Source: Paraglomus brasilianum (taxonomy: Eukaryota). From it: a stretch of DNA of 45,129 bases. A program made the position numbers and the translations under genes. Shown one piece after another: positions 37,007-45,129 of the stretch (position 1 is its first letter; each line of letters begins with the position of its first letter). The notes beneath the pieces are model-generated. The model searched no databases, was not told where the DNA came from, and saw only the letters and a list, made by a program, of their open reading frames with translations. The stretch is taken from assembly GCA_910592345.1 (NCBI GenBank), contig CAJVPI010000179.1, positions 1 to 45,129 of the forward strand, written 5' to 3'.

Positions 37007-39083
37007 GAACTCTTTTTACTAGGTTACGATTACTGTATTTTACGTCTGCTTTTCAATCTGAACCTTTGTAATTATGACAATTTGCTTACATATACATATA
37101 TACATGCATCAATAATATTTTTTTTTCTTTCATAATTAACGTTGTACCATCAGAGGGCGAGTTGCCTTGTGATTTCGTAAGAATTGTTGCATAGCATGAA
37201 AAGAAGTCTCTTTGTTGAAGGTACACAATACTGCAAATTTACTCGTTTTTTTTTTTTAATAATTGTATCGTTTGCGTAATGTAGTAGAGCATATAAATGT
37301 AGTATAACAGTGTGGATGTTAAACCATTCTTCAAAAATGTAATGCTCTTCCAGGGAAGCCACAATTAGGAGCTCTTCTCATCTTAATCGCATAATGCCTA
37401 TTGAGAGAGAGATGTAAATAATATTTGGAAATTGATTAACCTATCTACATTTGTAGAGACCAAGTGTGTGTAATGCAAGTATTTATCGTCTTATTAAGCT
37501 TTTCATTCTTGAAGTAATGCTTATTGCGTTAAAACATATCAATCCAGGAAAACATATAATCAAAATCGTTAGGGTCAAAAAATCTTGCATGGTTCAAAAC
37601 TACAACGTCGACTTCGGGTCTCGAATGTAATTGAGACTTCCTGTTAGTGTGACAAAGCAATGACCCTTTAAAGATTTTGGTCCAACATTCTAATCACATA
37701 TTGCATGATTTATAATTTGGTAAATTTTGTGATATTTATTCCTAAAGAAAAAGAACTAAGTGACGAAACTATATTGTCTTTAATTTGGTATAGACATCAA
37801 TCATCGTACCTTCCAACCATTGTTAAATAACTGGATTTCTGGAACATGTTTCTGATGTATTTATGGGCGCCGAAATGATCTGTTATTACAAGGTTCGATC
37901 AAGGGTTGGATCAAAACTATGTATGAGCGTGAGTTTGAATTATATAATCAATGAAAAGATATCTAAGCACCCAGCAAGACATTGCTTTGTTTTATTATCT
38001 GTGTCATTCCCTAATAAAATACTACATGCTACAACCAAGATTAGCTCTATCGTCTTAGCTATTCAATGAAGACTGAACTATACTTCGAGTGACCTATTTA
38101 ATTATTTAATCGCGTATACTCAACTCGTATGTACCAACGATTACTAAACAAAATCATTGTTAATTTGGTATGAGTCGAGGTTGTTGATGCTTTTCGTTAC
38201 TCGCATAATTATGTACTAGTACCAATATGTTTCAAATGCTCCGCTCTATTCGATAGTCCGAATCGTATCAACTCTTAGACTCTTTAGAAACGGTTATTAT
38301 TATTATGTCCTGAACGGAGTTTTTGACCGCACCGGAACCTGCAACTATCTGATGATTTTTTGATATCAGATTTTATGGAACGAACATTTATGGCAAGTGT
38401 AGAATTTCGCAATCACTTTCTAGCGAAAACTTGCTTGAATCTTTCCAATTGACAACGTTATAGTGATATAGTGAAAGCTCCTTTATTGTTGTGTAGGTAT
38501 TAGGTATGTACTTCTGTTTTTCTGAATACTTTCATTTGAAATATATTATTAAATTGAAGTTTACCATCCTGTATTTTTGCTAAGAGATTCTCGGTCAAAT
38601 TAGTAGCTTTTGGGTCGCATCCTTTGTTCGAACACCAATGAACAAGCTTGACCAAACAGTACATAAAATATTTGACAAGCATCGTATATATTCATAGATA
38701 TCGCGATCCACAGGCTTATTAATTGGCCCTTGCTATTTGATTGGATCAGTATTATGCAAGTGAGAGTAGGAAGTACAGGAAGGTGTCGAGTCCATAAACA
38801 ATGGAGAATGATTGCGTATTGACCTTGAGACTACTCCTGTTAAATATACACAGTAATTCGACACCTTTAATCAGAGTTTACAATTCACGATACTTCTCAT
38901 CGATCTTGTCTCGACGTTAATCATTGACAATTAAATCGCAATCGTATGTGCCAAGAATCGATCACTCACCCATAAAAGGATTAATGGTTTCTCACTATAT
39001 AGATGTGTTCTCAAATGCGTTTTATTAGGCTACTCTACTATTATGTACAAGTGTCACCGAGCTGCCTTTGGCAAACAATACAT

Positions 39084-39123
39084 CACGTGCATTACGCGCA
39101 TTACGCGCACCACGCGCACCACG
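39084..39123. repeat. 9-bp tandem repeat x~4 just downstream of the DPB2 stop
   Basis: CACGTGCAT TACGCGCAT TACGCGCAC CACGCGCAC. Confidence 0.8.
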
Positions 39124-39129
39124 ATCAAT

Positions 39130-41361
39130 CTATTTCAAATCCTCCCCATGTTCTTTTGATTTGTATTCATTTATGTTTGGTTGATAATAACCCCAGCCAT
39201 GGGCGAATGATTTAGGATTAAAGCAAAGGCAGTCATCGAGTTGTGACTTCCACATTCCATTGCTAGCAGCTAAAATCAAGACATCAGGCGTAGGATACAA
39301 TCTCAGTGTATAATCTAATGGCCAGTAAATATGTTTCATTTTTGTTGAGAATGGAATTAAATGACATTGACGCAAAATCGTTTTTATCTTCTGGATAGCA
39401 AAATAGATTTATAGGTAAATATTTTGATAACGAAAACACGATACTTGCTATGATCACTTGCCTGCATTTTCAAACTCTCTTTGGTGATCTCTTTGTTCTT
39501 ATGTAGAGGTACTGTCTGCAGTAACATCCGAGCATCCTCGTGAAATATAACGATTTCTTTGGTAAAATACTTAAGCCTGTGTGACAACGATATCGGTCAG
39601 GATATGCAAATGGCGATAGTGCAAGTCATTCGCGTACTAAATTTTCTCACCTGCAGGGATTGCTGACGAATGAAGCGTTGGAAACCATCGCCCTCAGTCT
39701 GTCAGTGAATATGTCAGGTATCTTTGATTTTGGAAGCAATTCAGGACCCAAGCTAGGATCGTTTGGTCCCGGAACAAAGACAAAATGTGCATTTTGTGCC
39801 AAGTCGTGATATCGAGAGATTAGCACTCCAAGAGAGGTCATGTAATCTGCAGCATTACCATTGTTAAAATGAATTACGATGATAAGAAGCCGTTGGGATT
39901 TATACAATCCTGCTCACCTCTATAAGTTTTAGTGTTATGGTCTCCGTATGAGAACTTCCATGAAATAAAATTTCCTATAAATACAAAGAATGGAAAGACA
40001 CGCCCTTTCTGCGCTTCTGATTGGTATTTCTTGAAGAGCGTCGATAACTCTCGTAGTGTCTATTATTGTATCAATGTCGATATGGAAACATGTTCGTTTT
40101 AATTGAACCAACTTTATCAACAACATTGTATCGATACAAACCTTTGGATTGTCGAGCTCAACGTTAGATAATATCACGAACTGAGTCTGCATCAATTTGG
40201 CTTCGTATGATTTGATAACGCCCTTTTTAAAATAATTTGTCATTTTGATGAATTTTCTAAAATTACGACTCTTATAACAAACACTAACCAAATCTCTTAT
40301 TGGATGTTTGGGTGTCCAGTAGCCTTCATATCCGAACTCGTTCCTACAATGACGTCAAAATTGTGTCATCCTATGTAAAACTTGTGCAGAAAGACGTTAA
40401 TAGTTGTTATACATAGATTACTTGGTGATTTCCCGTTTTTCATGAGGTGGACTGTGAACATCCTTTACCAGAAAGATCTCGTCTTCATCGTTTTCAGAAT
40501 AAGTTCCGTCAACAACAACAAAGGTATCCTCAAGCACAAATTCCATTTCTCCAGACTAAAAATAATTACGTCGACATCAATTCTACAATGCCGATAATTA
40601 CATGCGTAATGGCTCAATCGGGATTTTGATAACGCACATACGAAGACAAATCCAATTCAATGCTATCATCCATGTCATCAAGAAAAAATTTGTTCTCGTC
40701 CCCTAGCATAGAAATTACCCCAAGTAATCTAAAGCTTCCGCCTATTCGACCAGCGAGATCCTTTATTGATGCCAGCTAACATGATGTAGCAATGTGCAAA
40801 TAATTGGTTCCAAGATTAAAAATGTTGACTCATCAACTCTTCTAACCAATATTAAAATTTATGACGTACTTTTGGCCCATTGCGTTCAAGTTCTTCCTTA
40901 TGCATGATTTTCTTGCGTATCAAGTCTCGTCGCTCTTTCAACCTCATCGCTATTGTCTCTTTATCATCAAACAATTTATAATCATTTATATCAAAGATAT
41001 TGTGTATGTGGAAAAATTTGCGTGGGTCAACCTCCAGATCTGTTATATTATCTTCTCGGTATGGTTGCATCGGTTGATTGCTTTCCGCCTGCGCATCTAG
41101 CATTATTTCATCTTCTACTGTTGCATCAAGGGCAGTGTCTTGAAGTCTTTTTATCAATTTGTCCAAGTTATCCAAGTCTACTAACTTGGGTAACAAATCG
41201 CTTTGGTATTCCTCTGCTATGTTACTTAAACTCTCGACCCATTCTTCCTGAGGAACTTCCTTTTCTTCGAACACATCCCTAAGATAATCTATTATCTTCG
41301 AAGTAACGGTTAGGCCATATTGTTGGAATACTTTGAATACAGTTTGTGGAAATTTCGACAT
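39130..41361 (-). CDS. DPB2: DNA polymerase epsilon subunit B, multi-exon
   Basis: FVFVPGPNDP, FVSNPCR|LKYFTKEIVIF, TILRQCHLIP, IYWPLDYTLRLYPTPDVLILA and CFNPKSF. ATG at 41361. Confidence 0.9.
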
Positions 41362-42158
41362 TGTCAAGGTAAGTATTGTCTAATGAGTAACGATCACAAA
41401 TATCAAAAAAGTCGCGACGCGGAACTGCTACGTGATTGGTGGGAAAATTCGTCGCGAGAATGTTGAAGCATGTGATTTAACGTAAATAATAATAATAAGG
41501 AAGAAAACTTTGTTGTAAGATGTCAGCTTGAGCTAGCATTATTAATGGTAGACTGTCATAAATTAGATATAGTAGCAATTTTGCAGGAAGCATAGAATAT
41601 TATAAAGACACTCTTGAGCTTAAATCATTTAAATATCGCATCACTCTGCCATTGTGAATTATATAGCACTCAAATGTAATACAAAAAACGCCAGAACACC
41701 AGACCACGGACAATGAGCCGATTATCACTGATGATTGTGTAGTCGGATGACATTCTTATTCCAATTAAGCCTCTGGCCTTTCCACGCGATAAGAACAAAG
41801 CGCTTGAGAGAAAGAATAGGGTATTGAAGACTAGAAAGATAGGTCAATAATATGGTATGAAAAAATTAAATTACAAACGACAAAAAACATATACAGTATG
41901 TGTGTTGTAAATCTCGGATTTACATAATATAAATACGGCTTTTAGGGGGTTACATAGTGACAAATAGATAGATGGTGGAGAAACAATTGCCAGCCGACGT
42001 TTTAAAAAAACGCGTACTTATAAATAAGAAATTGGGTTTTGCAATACTCGGATAAAATCCATTTTGAAGTTTATGAAAAAGTGTCGTTTACAAAATATTT
42101 TCAAAAATATTAACATAAACACAGATGTTGGGCATAAATATAATTTTATTACAGTGTA

Positions 42159-44287
42159 TTAATCCCATTGAGAAGAATCAAGTGGTTTTTTCTGTCTTAA
42201 TTGCGAAAGTATCGCCTGAATAAAGAGAAAAATCGAGGAATTTAGCACGCAAGTATTTTATCTCAGCTAATTGAATAGAATGCTGACCTTTGAAATATGG
42301 TCTACTCTGTCAGATGCAGAAGGTGTGCAACTACTGTACTTGAGTACTTCGCGCACTATGCACGGCAGCACTTTATCCAACGTGCTGTCTAAGTTAACGA
42401 ATGGCCATAATAAATTATTATCAGTGATTCTGCTACATTGAAACAAATACACACAGCATGTCAGTTACCTTCTTGATGTGTCTGCATAAATGAGTCTGAC
42501 AATAGTTCGGGTATTGTCATTCGTTTTTTGGCATCCCGTTGCAGACAACTCTTCATGACTCTTATTGCATCCTCCTCGACCGTATAAACAAGACTATCTA
42601 CCAAACTGGTTATTGATGGTTGCGATTTATGCTTATTTGCTATTGGTACTCTGCGAGGAAATGATATTGCGTAGTTTACGTCAGGAATATATTGGATCGC
42701 TTTTGCGACGTTGAGATGGGAGAATGGTGTGTGCCCATATATCATTTGGTACAAAATACATCCCAATGACCAAACATCACTTGGTCTTCCAACCTATAGA
42801 GACGAACGTTATTATCTAATACTGTTACGCGTCATAGTAAACAATACGGTAGCTTCCTCAAGATATTACCTTAAAAAGTTTCTGTCCGGAAGCACAGATA
42901 GTATTAGTGTCCATAATAGCTTCGGGTGACATGTAATTAATCGTTCCCATCTGACAAGCAAAAAACGAGTTAGAACAAATCATATAAAATATGATTTTAA
43001 CTTATTTGCAGTACCTGTGCATCTCGATAAATATTTGTTGTATCATTCGGTATAGCCTTTGCTATTCCAAAGTCTATTAGCTTAAGGGAACCGGCGACTA
43101 GAAGAAAATTAGCAGGCTTCAGGTCAGAATGAACGATAGCTTTTTCATGAATAGTCTGGACGGCTTGCAGCATCTTACAATGCAAAATAAAAAAAAAACA
43201 AAACAAAAACAAGAAAAAGACTAGTTAACTTTAGTCTATGAAATCAAATAATTGCTGGAAATAAGTTTTGCTTGGCGTGCACACCTGTCTCCAATATTCA
43301 CGTACTATAATCATGTCAGGCGGTTTCCCTTGCTGCTTACAAAGAACGTTCGCCAGATCGATATCGCCACATTCCATTAACTGCGAATGAACCAAAAATA
43401 AATATACTTGTATAAAATCAATACACCCGAACAGCCCTTCATTCCATTGCTACCATTAACAGATAGCCCATTTCGCGATTGACTTCATAGTCATACATTT
43501 GTATTATAGTGTCATGTCCTTGAAGCTGCTTTAACAGTTTGGTTTCATTGATATAACTCTCTACCGTATTCGCATCCACGTTCTCGAAGGAGACCTTTTT
43601 GAGAGCGTATGTTTTCCCATTTATATCTTTAACTTTATATACTTTACTGCTGCCACCTCTACCAATTACAGATTCACGAAAAAACGTCTTGCCATTGAGC
43701 TGAATGCGTTTCAGACCAAGAATTAAATGAGTATTGTAACTTCCAACACAATCGCTATCATTTTAATCAATACTTAACAGCGTATGATCCTTTGTTGTGT
43801 GAGATCGGTGCGATAGTTTCTGAGGGCTTCAGTAAGTATTAAATATGTCTTTTAATTCACAAATGACGCGATTTCCATAAATACAGAAGATAATTTGTTC
43901 TACTTACTTGGCTAGACAATGACCCTCCTATCAGTTGATTTGGGTTCACATCCTGATTCCTGTCTGCAACAATGTTTGATAATTGCAAAGCAATGCGTCA
44001 GTGTCTGTATGTTCAAGGACCACACATTACTCTATTTATGCCCAAAACTTTACCCTTGTTCTCCCAAACTTTGGCAACAGAGGGCGGTTTTTCCTCTTCA
44101 ACCGTATCATACGTGTCTGGTACTTTTATTCTTTTTGCGTGACCTTTTATCCAACTAATAAAGTCAGAATTAATCAGCGTTGCAATACATAATCATGCTC
44201 TAGATCTGTTATAATACCCAGGCTCTTGAAGCTAAAACGGCTGTTACGAAGCGAGGGACGATCTTTCGTTTCTGTTCGAAGATCCAT
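42159..44287 (-). CDS. MPS1: Spindle-checkpoint dual-specificity kinase Mps1/TTK, multi-exon
   Basis: [77 protein letters not shown] and [18 protein letters not shown]. The start at 44287 is tentative. Confidence 0.92.
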
Positions 44288-45129
44288 TAGGTAAAGCCCG
44301 AACGAAGGAATCGCGTCTGGTAATATATCAATATATCGTGTGTTGACAATCAACAACCCACGGTTATTCGATTATCATGTGATTATTATGTAACAAACTG
44401 CTACAACACCTGGGCAACGCCGTGAAACGTAACAACGAACAGCGATAGAAATAAATGAAAGTCGGTAAATTTCTAATCCCACAATTTCCATGATAAAAGT
44501 TTACTCTAAATATAATGCCGCCGCAAAAGTCGACCGATATAGGCATTCTCAAATATAATGTTGCAATTCTTGACCGTACGCACACTCCAAGTCAAAAAAA
44601 GGTTAGTAAAACTGGCAGCATGTGCAAACCCCCCCCCAAAAAAAAACAACCTCGCCTGAAGCTACAAGAAGAAGCTTTGTTGGCTCATCACGTAACAAAC
44701 AATAAGGATATTATAAGGAAGTGTCTTTAGGGATTATCAGATTGTGTGATATTAGTTTACACGCTATTAGTGTTGCAAATTACATATGTAAATTATGTTT
44801 TAGGGCAATTTGCATATACGGTCTCGATAAAGCGGTTCGATAAGTCGACCAAAATCTTTTGCCATTAAAAATTTGACGTGATAATGGGTGACACATAACA
44901 CAGTTCCTTTAACTGGTGTGTACGAATCGAACAGTTTAAGCGTAAATAGTTCTGCATTATTATTATCAGGGATAAAAGATTATTTTACTATTACTAAACA
45001 GGAATGATATAGCTTTCAGGAAAATTATTAATTATATGTGTGACGTACAGTGTGACACGAAATTATTGATAATAAATTTAACGTGATTCAAACGCGAATA
45101 TCTCAACCAATTTGGAACCAAAACGCGTC

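Noticed and set aside
37500..39000. Possible DIRS/tyrosine-recombinase retroelement remnant (WCSNKGCDP on minus; PKEK on plus)
   Set aside because: Only short suggestive motifs, on opposite strands; cannot be supported without a search.
45046..45129. TA|CAGTGTGACACGAAATT as a Tc1 left end
   Set aside because: The partner end and body are outside the window; too little evidence.

Overview
Eukaryotic, AT-rich, intron-rich fungal DNA, most likely an arbuscular mycorrhizal fungus (Glomeromycota). This is inferred from the TKL-kinase type, short introns and transposon complement. Housekeeping genes: a 4-exon TKL kinase, TRS85/TRAPPC8, cytosolic Ile-tRNA synthetase, an intronless orphan ORF, a GT49 glycosyltransferase, an eIF4E-binding 4E-T/Eap1-like protein, DPB2 and MPS1. 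Between about 24.8 and 32 kb lies a transposon graveyard (Tc1, pogo, MITEs). The highlight within it is a decayed IS607-type element at about 28.6-30.27 kb. It carries a serine-recombinase tnpA remnant overlapping, in another frame, the N-terminus of a Fanzor2/TnpB-like RNA-guided nuclease gene with two spliceosomal introns. It is followed by a G-U-rich, pseudoknot-capable putative omegaRNA ending in GG, whose predicted guide is the arm of an adjacent inverted-repeat element. All assignments are by eye from motifs; no searches were run.
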